Below, one piece after another: positions 1 through 9,208 of a stretch of 64,000 nucleotides of DNA. Positions within the stretch are counted from its first letter, which is position 1; each line of letters starts with the position of its first letter. Source of the DNA: an uncultured virus (IMG/VR IMGVR_UViG_3300050020_000041) (lineage: Duplodnaviria; Heunggongvirae; Uroviricota; Caudoviricetes). The DNA lies in the IMG/VR virus record IMGVR_UViG_3300050020_000041, positions 1-64,000 of that record. One strand, written 5' to 3'. A program made the position numbers and the translations under genes. Below the pieces are notes generated by a model, which was not told where the DNA came from, did not search any database, and worked only from the letters and a program-made list of their open reading frames with translations.

Positions 1-1
1 A

Positions 2-175
2 ATAATTGTAATGATGGATGGCGATAAGGCTGGAAGGAAAGTAACCGATAGTATCATGGATAAGCTGAAGGACAAGGCTCCGCTGATTAACCGGAAGCTT
101 AAAGATAAAGAAGATCCAGGCGATTTGAATACACGGCAGATTAAAGATCTGATAATGACAAATGAATATAAATGA
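2..175 (+). CDS. DNA primase, TOPRIM domain C-terminal end (partial, 5' truncated)
   Basis: Frame-2 translation IIVMMDGDKAGRKVTDSIMDKL...KEDPGDL carries the TOPRIM DxD-xAG motif and the DnaG-like 'DP.D' motif. Stop TGA at 173-175 overlaps the next ATG. Confidence 0.75.
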   Translation: MIVMMDGDKAGRKVTDSIMDKLKDKAPLINRKLKDKEDPGDLNTRQIKDLIMTNEYK

Positions 176-759
176 TAACGTTAAAAGTTAGGACCGAGGT
201 TGCGGAAGTCGTGGCAGAACCCAAAAAGGAAACTGCTAATCAGCGATATTATAAAGCAAACAAAGAAGCTCTGAATAAAGCTAAGAAATTAAGGTATGAG
301 AATGATCCCGATTATAAAAAGTCGGTATTAGAGAGATCTCAGGCTCGATGGCTGGAGAAGATCAAGAAAGATCCTGCTGCCAAGATGCTGACTCTGGACG
401 AGATCCCGTATAGTCGGAATTATATGCGCTTGGTTTTTGTGGACGGCAAACAGATCAGATTTTACAGCCTGGGCGGATGCGCAAAGGCGCTCGGAATATC
501 CGGAGCCACGATAGGCGGATGGCACTCGATGGAAATTCTCCCGATACCGGCTTATGCCGGGACGGATGGGAGACGTTGGTACAGTGAAGTTTACATAGAA
601 AATGTTAGAGAAGTTTTAATAGATAGACGGTACGCTGATCTGGAAGCGCTGAAAGCAAACATGATGAATAAGTTTTCGGCAAATCCGGATGTAATGTTCA
701 CGGGAAGAATGGAAATGAAGGATGAAGATATGGAGTCTATTAGGAAGATGTTCGCATGA
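172..759 (+). CDS. Putative DNA-binding protein with MerR-like HTH
   Basis: YSLGGCAKALGISGATIGGWHSMEILP...GRRWYS resembles a MerR-type winged HTH; basic N-terminal helix. Confidence 0.5.
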   Translation: MITLKVRTEVAEVVAEPKKETANQRYYKANKEALNKAKKLRYENDPDYKKSVLERSQARWLEKIKKDPAAKMLTLDEIPYSRNYMRLVFVDGKQIRFYSLGGCAKALGISGATIGGWHSMEILPIPAYAGTDGRRWYSEVYIENVREVLIDRRYADLEALKANMMNKFSANPDVMFTGRMEMKDEDMESIRKMFA

Positions 760-774
760 GAATAAATAGAAGGT

Positions 775-1497
775 ATGACAATGGCGCTAAAATATGTGGA
801 GTTAGGCACTCCCTTGACAGCGATAGAAGTAGGGATTCTGAAGAAGATTGGACTGAATGTAATTAACGAAAGGCTGTTCATCGATGAAAGAGCAATCCAT
901 GCTGACCGTCCCTCGGTGGGAAGGAAGTCGAAAAATAAAGGTGGCACATTTGAGAGAAAGGTCGCAGTAGCGCTCTCAATCTGGTGGTCCAAAGGTGAAT
1001 CGAAAGAAATGTTCACAAAGACTCCGAGAAGTGGTGCATGGAAATTTCCACAGGACATAGTGCCTCCGCAGAAATGCCCATTTCTGATTTCATGCAAGAA
1101 TGAAGAAGCATGGAAGGGTGTGGAGAAAGTATTGCTGACTGATAAGCATCGGCTCGCAGCATATTGGGAGGAGTTGATGGAGTCTTATTTCAAGTTGGGA
1201 AGAGAATCAGCAAGTTTATTTGAATCAGCGACGAAGGTATTATTCAATAAGGTGATACCTATGGTGATATTCACGAGAAACCATGATTCGAATTACGTTA
1301 TGATAAGAACAAGTGACTTTATCAGGCTGGAAAAGAGTTGTGGTTCGTTCCCGATAGATAAGAAACTGATACAGTTCAGCATGAACAATTTTGAAGAAGG
1401 CTCGACAAGGTTATTAAGCGGATATGCGCTATTGCTTTTTGCGGATATGATGGAATGGCTGGAACCGAAAGCTGTCCAGGATTTCGTGGATCTGTAA
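775..1497 (+). CDS. Holliday-junction resolvase-like (Hjc/PD-(D/E)xK) protein
   Basis: SKNKGGTFERKVA...TPRSGA...QDIV...ISCKN follows the phage Hjc-like pattern, with Ser in place of the ExK glutamate. Confidence 0.6.
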   Translation: MTMALKYVELGTPLTAIEVGILKKIGLNVINERLFIDERAIHADRPSVGRKSKNKGGTFERKVAVALSIWWSKGESKEMFTKTPRSGAWKFPQDIVPPQKCPFLISCKNEEAWKGVEKVLLTDKHRLAAYWEELMESYFKLGRESASLFESATKVLFNKVIPMVIFTRNHDSNYVMIRTSDFIRLEKSCGSFPIDKKLIQFSMNNFEEGSTRLLSGYALLLFADMMEWLEPKAVQDFVDL

Positions 1498-1709
1498 TGA
1501 AGAAGTTTGTAGAGCTTGATGACAGAGCAAAAGAAAACGGGTACAAGAATCTGGAAGATTTTTTTGATCAGAACGTCTCTTTGAATTTCAAAGAGATGAG
1601 CAAAATTTTGAATGTAAGTACGTATACGATAGCTGGTGCATACGAAAGTTATGGACTCGATTTGTTCATAGCACCGGCAGATGATATTGGGACAGAAAAG
1701 AAAACTTAG
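1497..1709 (+). CDS. Small hypothetical protein, possible HTH
   Basis: ATG overlaps the upstream TAA (TAATG); NFKEMSKILNVSTYTI is HTH-like. Confidence 0.45.
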   Translation: MKKFVELDDRAKENGYKNLEDFFDQNVSLNFKEMSKILNVSTYTIAGAYESYGLDLFIAPADDIGTEKKT

Positions 1710-1877
1710 GTTTATGCGATCCTCATTTTAAGCCCTATTCAAGCTATTAGAAGTGGCATCGCAGAATTATGTCCAAAGAAATTATCGGGCGGATTAAAAA
1801 AATCTTAGCACGGTATTTGAATGTTCTAAACTCAATACATTTTATAACAACCATAAACTGATAAAGGAGAAAACGTT

Positions 1878-2519
1878 ATGAGCGGTTGGTATCAACAAGG
1901 CTTCGATGCAGTCGACAAATTGCCGGACGTATCGAAACAAAACCGATTCTGGTTGAAGGTCGGTGAAGAAAGACAGATAGTTTTTCTTGACAAAGATCCT
2001 TTTACGTTTTGGGAGCATCAGGTGCGCCTAAACGGAGAATGGAGATATTACTTCACCTGTCTGAAAAACCTGAACAAACCCTGTCCTCTTTGCGATGCAA
2101 AGGTAAAAAGATACTTCGTCGGGCTGTTCTCGATAATCGATGTATCCTCTTACATAGCCAAAGACGGCAAGGAAGTCAAAAACCCGGTTAAGCTCATGGC
2201 GATAAAACAGAAGGCTCTGAAACTTCTGAAACGTCATGACGACAAAGGAAGAATCCTCCACGGATTGTTCAATGTTGTCCGCACGGACGATAAAGCAGGC
2301 ACGTCAGGAGACATGTTTGAATTTGAACAGAAGGTCAATCCGCTGGAATACAATCCGAAGGCTACAGTATTCGATTACGAAAAAGAATGCAAGCCATTGG
2401 AACATGAAGCCCTTGCAACCATTGCGAGCATGGCTGAACCTGATCCGTATGCAAATGCGGGCAAGGAAGTTCCTGTCGCTGCTGCAGTAGCTGATGACTC
2501 GGATAATGTTCCGTTTTAG
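1878..2519 (+). CDS. Single-stranded DNA-binding protein (T4 gp32-like)
   Basis: AGGAGA RBS; RFWLK, H...C...CPLC zinc ligands, acidic DDSDNVPF tail; replication context. Confidence 0.7.
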   Translation: MSGWYQQGFDAVDKLPDVSKQNRFWLKVGEERQIVFLDKDPFTFWEHQVRLNGEWRYYFTCLKNLNKPCPLCDAKVKRYFVGLFSIIDVSSYIAKDGKEVKNPVKLMAIKQKALKLLKRHDDKGRILHGLFNVVRTDDKAGTSGDMFEFEQKVNPLEYNPKATVFDYEKECKPLEHEALATIASMAEPDPYANAGKEVPVAAAVADDSDNVPF

Positions 2520-2535
2520 TTAGAGTCCTTTTCAA

Positions 2536-2567
2536 GAAGGCTCCCGCAGGGGAGTCTTTGTATTCTT
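2536..2567 (+). terminator. Probable intrinsic terminator
   Basis: Stem aaggctccc / gggagtctt with GCAG loop, then a T-rich tract after the SSB stop. Confidence 0.55.
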
Positions 2568-2591
2568 CAAACAAATGATGTTGCGGATAGT

Positions 2592-3998
2592 ATGATGTTT
2601 GGAAGTCAGTTGGCAATCGATATACCGGTTGCTGAGAAAACAAAAATAATAATCGGCGCGGAAGCAATAGTTCCCAAGCACCTTGTTAATATGGACAAGC
2701 TTCGTAAGCTACTTACGGTTGTCAGTATCGACATGGGATATGGAAACTTCAAGGTAGAGCTATGGCACGAGGACATGTACGGGAACGTGGTTATACCGCG
2801 CTACTATGCAATGAAGGTGTTTTCTGGAAGACCAGACGTTGAATTTGAATATAGGGTTTCAGAGGGCACAAGAGTTGATTTTCCTTCGTTTGCTGGTACG
2901 TTACGACCGGTACAGGCACAGTTTGCACCCGATGTCCTCTCGGCTATGAAAAACGAGATGAACCTCGGCGGACTGGTAAACTTTGCGGTCGGAGGGGGCA
3001 AAACAATATTCGCGTTGTATCTGGCAAGTATGCTCGGGCTCAAGACTCTGGTAATAGTACATAAGGAATTTTTGATGGATCAGTGGACAGAGAAGATCCT
3101 CGGAAATCCTGCTAAAGGGATACCAGCATTTCTTCCGGGCGCGAGGGTTGGGAGGATTCAGCAGAACGTTTGCGATGTGAAAGATAAGCATGTTGTATTA
3201 GGAATGGTGCATTCGCTGGCCATGAAAGATAGTTATCCTGTTTCGATTTACGATGAATTTGGTCTTGTCATAACTGACGAGAGCCATCGTATGTCCGCTG
3301 CAACATTTTCTTTGGCAGGTCCAAAGTTCAGCGCAAAGTACAGACTAGCCCTGACGGCTACTCCTGATAGAAAAGATGGCACTAAGAATGTATTCATGTA
3401 CCATATCGGTCCGATGCTGGCTCAATACAACGTTGAGAATCTGGCGCCGATAATAAAAAGAGTTTTCCTCGATGAAGTGAAGTTCAGAGAGGGTTTCAAT
3501 CCCGACGTAATCCCTATGGGACGTTTAATGACGATGCTTGGGAAACATCAGAGAAGAAATCAAGTGATTGCGAATCAGATAGTAGACGCGGCGGTGGCGG
3601 GCAGAAAGTCCATCACGATGTCGCACAGATTAGAACAGCTTGACATCTTGAAAGATTATATCACTGCGATATTGAAGTCTCGAGGAATGGATTTGAGAAT
3701 TACGATGGGCAAATATGTCGGCGGAATGACTCAGACAGCCCTCGATAATTCAGCCACAAAAGACATTATACTTTCGACGTACACGATGGCGTCCGAAGGT
3801 TTAGATATCCCTGACCTCGATACGATATTCTTGGCAACGCCCATGAGTAGCGTACTGCAATCAATAGGAAGAATTTTAAGAGCCTGCGATGAGAAGAAGA
3901 AACCGATAGTGGTTGACTTCATCGATAAGAGCATAGGTCTGTGCGTAAAAATGTATAAAAAGAGAATGAAATTGTATCAATCAAAAGGATGGAAATAA
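2592..3998 (+). CDS. Superfamily 2 DExH helicase (UvsW/ResIII-like)
   Basis: LRPVQ Q-motif, GGGKT Walker A, DESH, TATP, SEGLDIPDL, QSIGRILR. Confidence 0.9.
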   Translation: MMFGSQLAIDIPVAEKTKIIIGAEAIVPKHLVNMDKLRKLLTVVSIDMGYGNFKVELWHEDMYGNVVIPRYYAMKVFSGRPDVEFEYRVSEGTRVDFPSFAGTLRPVQAQFAPDVLSAMKNEMNLGGLVNFAVGGGKTIFALYLASMLGLKTLVIVHKEFLMDQWTEKILGNPAKGIPAFLPGARVGRIQQNVCDVKDKHVVLGMVHSLAMKDSYPVSIYDEFGLVITDESHRMSAATFSLAGPKFSAKYRLALTATPDRKDGTKNVFMYHIGPMLAQYNVENLAPIIKRVFLDEVKFREGFNPDVIPMGRLMTMLGKHQRRNQVIANQIVDAAVAGRKSITMSHRLEQLDILKDYITAILKSRGMDLRITMGKYVGGMTQTALDNSATKDIILSTYTMASEGLDIPDLDTIFLATPMSSVLQSIGRILRACDEKKKPIVVDFIDKSIGLCVKMYKKRMKLYQSKGWK

Positions 3999-3999
3999 G

Positions 4000-4698
4000 A
4001 TGGCAAAAGTAACACCGAAAGAAGGTGCTGAAAAAAAACGTTCCGCAGCGGACATACTTGAGGACGTGGGAATATTCGAGCCGAAAGCTGGTCATGTAGA
4101 AGAACCTGCTGATCCGAAAGAATTTGATCCGGAAAATCCGGATAGTGAGAAACCTTGGGGCAAGACGTTCGGAAGTCCAGGAGAAAAGCTGAAGGAGGCT
4201 ATGACGGCTGTGAAAGAAGATCCAAAACCTGCAATAGTTCCTGTCGTAGAGGCGGAAAAACATATTACGCCTCCAGTGGGAAAGGAAGTAGTTACTGCGG
4301 CTGGCAAAATAATCGAGACAGTGGGTAAAGTACCTGAACCCGAGATAGTGCCGGTACAGATGAAAGGGCAGATAACTATTGAACGTAGTTACCACATCGC
4401 GAAACAGGAAGAACCAACTAAGTTTTCTACCAAGACGCTAGATACTCCGATCATGAGGTTCCTGACTCAGCCAGCAAAGGTTGCCGTGAAATACGGAGCT
4501 ACTCTGAACATGGGAAATTTCGAATCGGTAAGAGTTGATATCATGGTAGAAATGCCATGCTATAAAGAAGATGTCGATGAACTCTACAAGGTCATTGCGG
4601 ATTACACTGAATCGCTAATCACCGAGCATGTAGCTGAAATAAAAGATACGGCAAGCGGTGGTAAGAAAAAGGTCGAAGAAGAAGAAAAGCCTTGGTAA
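4000..4698 (+). CDS. Hypothetical protein
   Basis: 232-aa ORF tightly packed between genes; low-complexity N-half, C-terminal TLNMGNFESVRVD motif. Confidence 0.6.
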   Translation: MAKVTPKEGAEKKRSAADILEDVGIFEPKAGHVEEPADPKEFDPENPDSEKPWGKTFGSPGEKLKEAMTAVKEDPKPAIVPVVEAEKHITPPVGKEVVTAAGKIIETVGKVPEPEIVPVQMKGQITIERSYHIAKQEEPTKFSTKTLDTPIMRFLTQPAKVAVKYGATLNMGNFESVRVDIMVEMPCYKEDVDELYKVIADYTESLITEHVAEIKDTASGGKKKVEEEEKPW

Positions 4699-4706
4699 TT
4701 GAGAGA

Positions 4707-4731
4707 GGGCGCAACCGAGTGCGTTGCGCTC
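4707..4731 (+). other. Intergenic stem-loop upstream of recA
   Basis: gggcgcaac-N7-gttgcgctc inverted repeat. Confidence 0.4.
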
Positions 4732-4762
4732 AGAAATCATTTTGTAAGACATTGGGAGAAGT

Positions 4763-6082
4763 ATGGCAAAGGTAGAAAAGGTTAAAGAACCAACGAAAGT
4801 GGTGATTAAGTCTGAGAAGACTAAGGTTATGGAAGTGGCAGTGGACGTGGCTGAAAAAGCTATCGGGGAAGTTATTGAGGAATTAGTCGGACCGAGATCT
4901 ATCGAACCGACAGGTGTAGTCGCTGAGGAAATGGTTAAGAAGGGAGTAATTGAAGAGACCGGCGAAATAATACGCAGGGAGCCGATCATTGATAAAAAGA
5001 CCAAGGCTGAGATAGCCAAAAAGATTTTAGGTCTGAAAGATGTAATGAAGGCTCTTGATAAAAAATTTGTTGCGGAAGGCGACAAATCAGAAAGAAAAAT
5101 AGTGGCGGTGGCTTCATCCGATACATGGTATCAGGTGGAAAGGATTCCTTCGGGAGTAATGGCATTTGACATAGCTACGTTTGGCGGAATACCAAAAGGA
5201 AGGTTGACCGAATTCGTGGGAGATGAATCAAGTTCGAAAACATCGATGGCTTTAAGAGTAATAGGACAGGCTCAGAAACAGGGACTATTATGCGCGTATG
5301 TCGACGTGGAAGGTACCATAGACAAGAAGTGGGCAGCTAATTTCTGCGACGTAGATAGCTTGCTGCTCTCGCAGCCTGTCAGCGGAGAGGAAGCTATGGA
5401 GATTGTAGACGCCCTGATAAGATCCGGTAGTGTCGATTTAATCATCGTTGATTCCATTGCAGCCATGACACCGATGACAGAAATTAAAAAGGGATTTGAT
5501 GAAGCGACGATGGGAGTGCTTGCCAAATTAGTCAACTTGGCTATGAGGAAGTGGGTATCCAGTCAGACATACGCTCTGAGAACGTTCAACAATCCTGTAA
5601 CGATTTTGTATATACAGCAGTATAGGCAAAAAGTGGGCTTTGTAATGGGAGATCCAAATATTGTTCCCGGAGGAATGGCTCAGCGTTTCGCTAAGTCATT
5701 ATCTGTCAAGATGTGGCATGGTAAAACACTCATGGAAAAGGAAACCGATAAACCGATATCCATTGATATGAACTTTAGAGTGGTGAAGTCCAAGGTATGT
5801 CCATCGAATATGTCCGGCACTTATTCCATGATGATTCGGGACGACGCACATTTCAGATCAGGTGATGTCAATGAGGTTGAAGCATTAAGAAAGCTATGCG
5901 TCAAGTACAATTTCATTGCTAAGACTGGAAAGAATTACGAGATCCTTAAAGAGGTTCCTGGAAAAGAAGACACGTTCCTGCACTGCCCCACACTTGAGGG
6001 CATCGACAAGATTTTCTTAGAGAATCCGGACGTGTTTGAATTATACAAAACAGAAATGATGGAATTTTTAATAGCATTATAA
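4763..6082 (+). CDS. recA: RecA/UvsX recombinase with N-terminal extension
   Basis: GGIPKGRLTEFVGDESSSKT, YVDVE, IIVDSIAAMTP, QYRQKVG, PGGMAQRF, VVKSKV motifs. Confidence 0.9.
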   Translation: MAKVEKVKEPTKVVIKSEKTKVMEVAVDVAEKAIGEVIEELVGPRSIEPTGVVAEEMVKKGVIEETGEIIRREPIIDKKTKAEIAKKILGLKDVMKALDKKFVAEGDKSERKIVAVASSDTWYQVERIPSGVMAFDIATFGGIPKGRLTEFVGDESSSKTSMALRVIGQAQKQGLLCAYVDVEGTIDKKWAANFCDVDSLLLSQPVSGEEAMEIVDALIRSGSVDLIIVDSIAAMTPMTEIKKGFDEATMGVLAKLVNLAMRKWVSSQTYALRTFNNPVTILYIQQYRQKVGFVMGDPNIVPGGMAQRFAKSLSVKMWHGKTLMEKETDKPISIDMNFRVVKSKVCPSNMSGTYSMMIRDDAHFRSGDVNEVEALRKLCVKYNFIAKTGKNYEILKEVPGKEDTFLHCPTLEGIDKIFLENPDVFELYKTEMMEFLIAL

Positions 6083-6094
6083 AGTCAATTAAGT

Positions 6095-6120
6095 GCGGGC
6101 GGTTATTAAGGACCGTTCGC
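6095..6120 (+). other. Stem-loop downstream of recA
   Basis: gcgggcggtt pairs with gaccgttcgc (with G-U pairs); no U-tract. Confidence 0.35.
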
Positions 6121-6150
6121 GAAATCATAAGATAAAAAAGGAAGGATACG

Positions 6151-6468
6151 ATGAAAGTTCTAACGGAAGGTCATTTTTACGAGTTGGATTCGATGGACGG
6201 AAGTTTCCCACAAAGAATCCAGTTTATCGAAAAGGTTCTCGGAGTAGATGGTAAAAGTTTTGTCACTTTGAACGATGGGACAACAAACGAGGAAGTCCTC
6301 GATGTTCTGATTGACAGGATGGAAATAATGTATGCGAAACTGCCGAATCAGGAAACTGAACTTGCTCTGGGCAACCTTAGAACGGCTTCTGAGTTGCTGA
6401 AGATGCGAACAAGGAAAAGAGTCCAGCAGGGAGTGGAGAATACTCCGCTCGATCATGTCAGTAATTAA
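6151..6468 (+). CDS. Tad1-like (anti-Thoeris/CBASS sponge family) protein
   Basis: H.YEL...IQF...GTTNEEVLDVLIDRM...P..E...AL..L..A...L..R...R...GV resembles the Tad1 helical-hairpin pattern; canonical RENA is QETE here. Confidence 0.5.
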   Translation: MKVLTEGHFYELDSMDGSFPQRIQFIEKVLGVDGKSFVTLNDGTTNEEVLDVLIDRMEIMYAKLPNQETELALGNLRTASELLKMRTRKRVQQGVENTPLDHVSN

Positions 6469-6484
6469 CTAAGTAAGGATACGT

Positions 6485-6685
6485 ATGGAAACGAAAGAAG
6501 ATTTCAAGTATTGCGAGATACATGGGTTGGGAGACCGATGGTTATACAAGCAGTACGGTGACGGACGGATTGAGTTCAGAGATGAACTTGAGCCAGGTGC
6601 GGGTTACGAAAGATTTTTAACCGCTCAAATAAAAGAGCAAATCAGAAACAATGTAAAAGAGAGTTATCTCACGGAGGATATGTAA
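6485..6685 (+). CDS. Hypothetical protein
   Basis: 66-aa ORF with AAGGA RBS, abutting groES. Confidence 0.5.
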   Translation: METKEDFKYCEIHGLGDRWLYKQYGDGRIEFRDELEPGAGYERFLTAQIKEQIRNNVKESYLTEDM

Positions 6686-6973
6686 ATGGTACTAATGACA
6701 CCTATGAACAATCGCGTTCAGATTGAAAAAATCGCTGCTGAAGAAGTGAAGCAGGGAATTATCATCCATGTAACCCAGCAGGAAGAGGCAAAAGCTAAAG
6801 TTGTCTCAGTTGGCGAGGATGGCGATGTAAAAACTTTTGTGAAGGTCGGCGATACAATCGTCTATCGTCCCAACAGCGTTGAAGAATTTTTGGTAAATGG
6901 AGAAACACTGTATTTCGTCCCAAGACATAATATCGTGGGTGTACTAACGGCAGCGGAAGTAGCTCCAGTTTAA
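6686..6973 (+). CDS. groES: Co-chaperonin GroES
   Basis: PMNNRVQI, GIII, AKVVSVG, VKVGDTIVY, NIVGV; 95 aa. Confidence 0.85.
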   Translation: MVLMTPMNNRVQIEKIAAEEVKQGIIIHVTQQEEAKAKVVSVGEDGDVKTFVKVGDTIVYRPNSVEEFLVNGETLYFVPRHNIVGVLTAAEVAPV

Positions 6974-6998
6974 TAAATGATATAGCAGGGAGAATGAT

Positions 6999-7472
6999 AT
7001 GGGATATAGTAGCATGATGACGTCATCGGAATTTGTTTCGGATAAGTCCGAAGCGGAGATTCAGATGATTTTTACGGAGTTCAAGGACATCGCGGAGGAT
7101 TACGTTGTCGTGATAACTCCTGATGGTCCGAGTGGAAATGTTTGCAGTTTCGAACCGTCTGATGGCGAATGGGAGGGCAGACACTACCATGATACGAAAA
7201 TGGCGGAGTTTATTTCGCAGATAATAGCGCCAGGTGAAGTCACCGACCTGACCTTCCGTGGTCAGGAGGATGAGATCTGGGGCTTCCGCATCGAAAGGGA
7301 CAGAGTTAGAAACCTTGGGGCGGAGATTAAGCTTTATGTCAGCGATATGACGGAAAATGAGTTGGAGGCTGAAATCAAAGTGTTTCAGGACGCCCTCAGA
7401 GTGGTACGAGAACGAACTACGAAGACGATGTCTGAAATGGTTGATGAAGTTCTGTCGGAGGAGATTCTATGA
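6999..7472 (+). CDS. Hypothetical protein
   Basis: 157-aa acidic ORF with GGGAG RBS. Confidence 0.55.
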   Translation: MGYSSMMTSSEFVSDKSEAEIQMIFTEFKDIAEDYVVVITPDGPSGNVCSFEPSDGEWEGRHYHDTKMAEFISQIIAPGEVTDLTFRGQEDEIWGFRIERDRVRNLGAEIKLYVSDMTENELEAEIKVFQDALRVVRERTTKTMSEMVDEVLSEEIL

Positions 7473-7816
7473 TAGAATCCAATCACAGAACGGTGAAGAA
7501 ACAGGAAAGTAAGCTCGCGAAGATTATTCAGGGCAACAGACAGCCTATGTCCGGAGCCAATGATAAAGCTAAGAGCGATGCTACGTCCAAACGTTTTCAC
7601 TGCGAAGCTAAGCAGACTCAGAATAGCAGCATCAGCATGAAATTGGCATGGTTATCGAAAATAGATAAAGAGGCGGACGCTGTCAATAAGTATCCGCTTC
7701 TTGATATTCTGTTTTTGAATACTCCCCCACGGGTTCCGAGCGAATGGGTGGCAATACCGATGTATGTATTTGACCTTCTGTTCGAGGCTTGGAGAGAGAA
7801 AGAGGAGACTAAATGA
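7469..7816 (+). CDS. Small PD-(D/E)xK nuclease / resolvase-like protein
   Basis: KQESKLAK...PMSGA...KSD...CEAKQT pattern. Confidence 0.6.
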   Translation: MIESNHRTVKKQESKLAKIIQGNRQPMSGANDKAKSDATSKRFHCEAKQTQNSSISMKLAWLSKIDKEADAVNKYPLLDILFLNTPPRVPSEWVAIPMYVFDLLFEAWREKEETK

Positions 7817-8817
7817 AAAATTTCTTATCGGTGATGAGACCGACTGGTCCGCCGCCGCCGCGCGAAATTGTATATCTGGCTCCGACTCCGAAACCGTCTC
7901 TGGTGATAATAGATCCGTTTCCAGGAAGGGTTTATGCCAAGAGTCTGATAGTCCCCACACGGATCAGCGGTGTGGCGCCCACAGCAAGCACTACTCGGTT
8001 CGATATGAAGAAGCATCTGAAAGAATATTTCGGTGAAGAAAAAATCTCGACTCCGATGACGGCAGGTTCGATTTATATGAGGGCAAGTCACTTGTATAAA
8101 CTATGTCCGAGAGAAGAACTGATGGTTCACATGCAGGGCAAGATCAGGACGGAAACGGTCAGCTGGACAACTGGTGCGGTCTTCGGATATGGTCATTTGG
8201 CGCATCATTGGATGCAGAATAAAATATTCCAGAAGATATTGCAGGGATGTTGGAAATGCGATGACTGTGGGCGTGTCCATGGGGATAAGTTAAGTCTGAT
8301 ACATCATCCAGGGGCATGCAAGGGCTGCGGCTCTAACAGACTGACATACGAAGAGCTTTACTACTATGAAGATCAGCTTCATTTCGGTGGGCATCCGGAC
8401 GGATTTGTTTTCGACGCTGGCGAGATGCAGTTAATCGATTTCAAAACGGCAAGGATGGAAGGCTACGACGGTGTTGAAAGATGGGGAATAAGTGCCGGTT
8501 ATGTATGGCAGGCGAATGCCTATATGTATATGACAGGGCTGGGCGTCCTCAGAATGATTTACATGAATAAGAATGAACCGGCTTGGAAGGAAAAGATTAT
8601 CAGGCGGGATGAAGCAATCATCGATCAGATCAAGGTAAGATGCCTCGATACGATATATGCGGTGGAGTCGTCAGTAAAATCGACGACTCAGGTGTTTCTC
8701 CCCCAGAGAACTTGTCCGGATAAATCGGAAAAAAGAGCTAAAGATTGTTCAATGTGTGGCCTCTGCTTCAAATTGCAAGAGCAGGAAGGCTTCGTAGATA
8801 AGACTACGGTAATATAA
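7813..8817 (+). CDS. Cas4/RecB-like PD-(D/E)xK exonuclease with Cys clusters
   Basis: RASHL..CPR, GHLAHHW, GHPDG, IDFKT, WQANAYM, C-terminal C..C..C; inserted CxxC...CxxC ribbon. Confidence 0.7.
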   Translation: MKNFLSVMRPTGPPPPREIVYLAPTPKPSLVIIDPFPGRVYAKSLIVPTRISGVAPTASTTRFDMKKHLKEYFGEEKISTPMTAGSIYMRASHLYKLCPREELMVHMQGKIRTETVSWTTGAVFGYGHLAHHWMQNKIFQKILQGCWKCDDCGRVHGDKLSLIHHPGACKGCGSNRLTYEELYYYEDQLHFGGHPDGFVFDAGEMQLIDFKTARMEGYDGVERWGISAGYVWQANAYMYMTGLGVLRMIYMNKNEPAWKEKIIRRDEAIIDQIKVRCLDTIYAVESSVKSTTQVFLPQRTCPDKSEKRAKDCSMCGLCFKLQEQEGFVDKTTVI

Positions 8818-8836
8818 TAAAAGGAGTAGATGAGGT

Positions 8837-9208
8837 ATGGTTAGTTTGAACTTTGTGATGATGTCGGGAAATGTTGGTTCTGTCAATATCGGAAAAACGG
8901 GAGTAGGTGTTTCTGCTTTCTCGATGATGTTGGCTATCGATCAGCGTAATAACGAGACTATCTGGGTTAGAGTAAATGTTTATGGTTCACTTGCGAAAAA
9001 ATGTGCTGACAAGGTCGCCAAAAGCGATTATGTCGTAGTCACCGGTGAACTCATGGACAGGAAAAAATCAAATGATGATTCGGTATTCCTTGAGGTAAGA
9101 GCTAAAGAAGTGATATTCGGTTCAACATTGATGGGCAAGGAATTGCTGGCGTTTGCAGCTGATACCAAAGCGGTGGAAGTTGAAGAAGAAATTTTAGAAA
9201 CAAAATAA
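8837..9208 (+). CDS. ssb: OB-fold single-stranded DNA-binding protein
   Basis: LNFVMMSGNVG, WVRVNVYG.LA, VVVTGEL typical of bacterial-type SSB. Confidence 0.75.
   Translation: MVSLNFVMMSGNVGSVNIGKTGVGVSAFSMMLAIDQRNNETIWVRVNVYGSLAKKCADKVAKSDYVVVTGELMDRKKSNDDSVFLEVRAKEVIFGSTLMGKELLAFAADTKAVEVEEEILETK

Noticed and set aside
7813..8817. CRISPR-Cas locus suggested by the Cas4-like nuclease
   Set aside because: No repeat-spacer array or other cas genes seen; stand-alone Cas4-like nucleases are common in phage replication modules.
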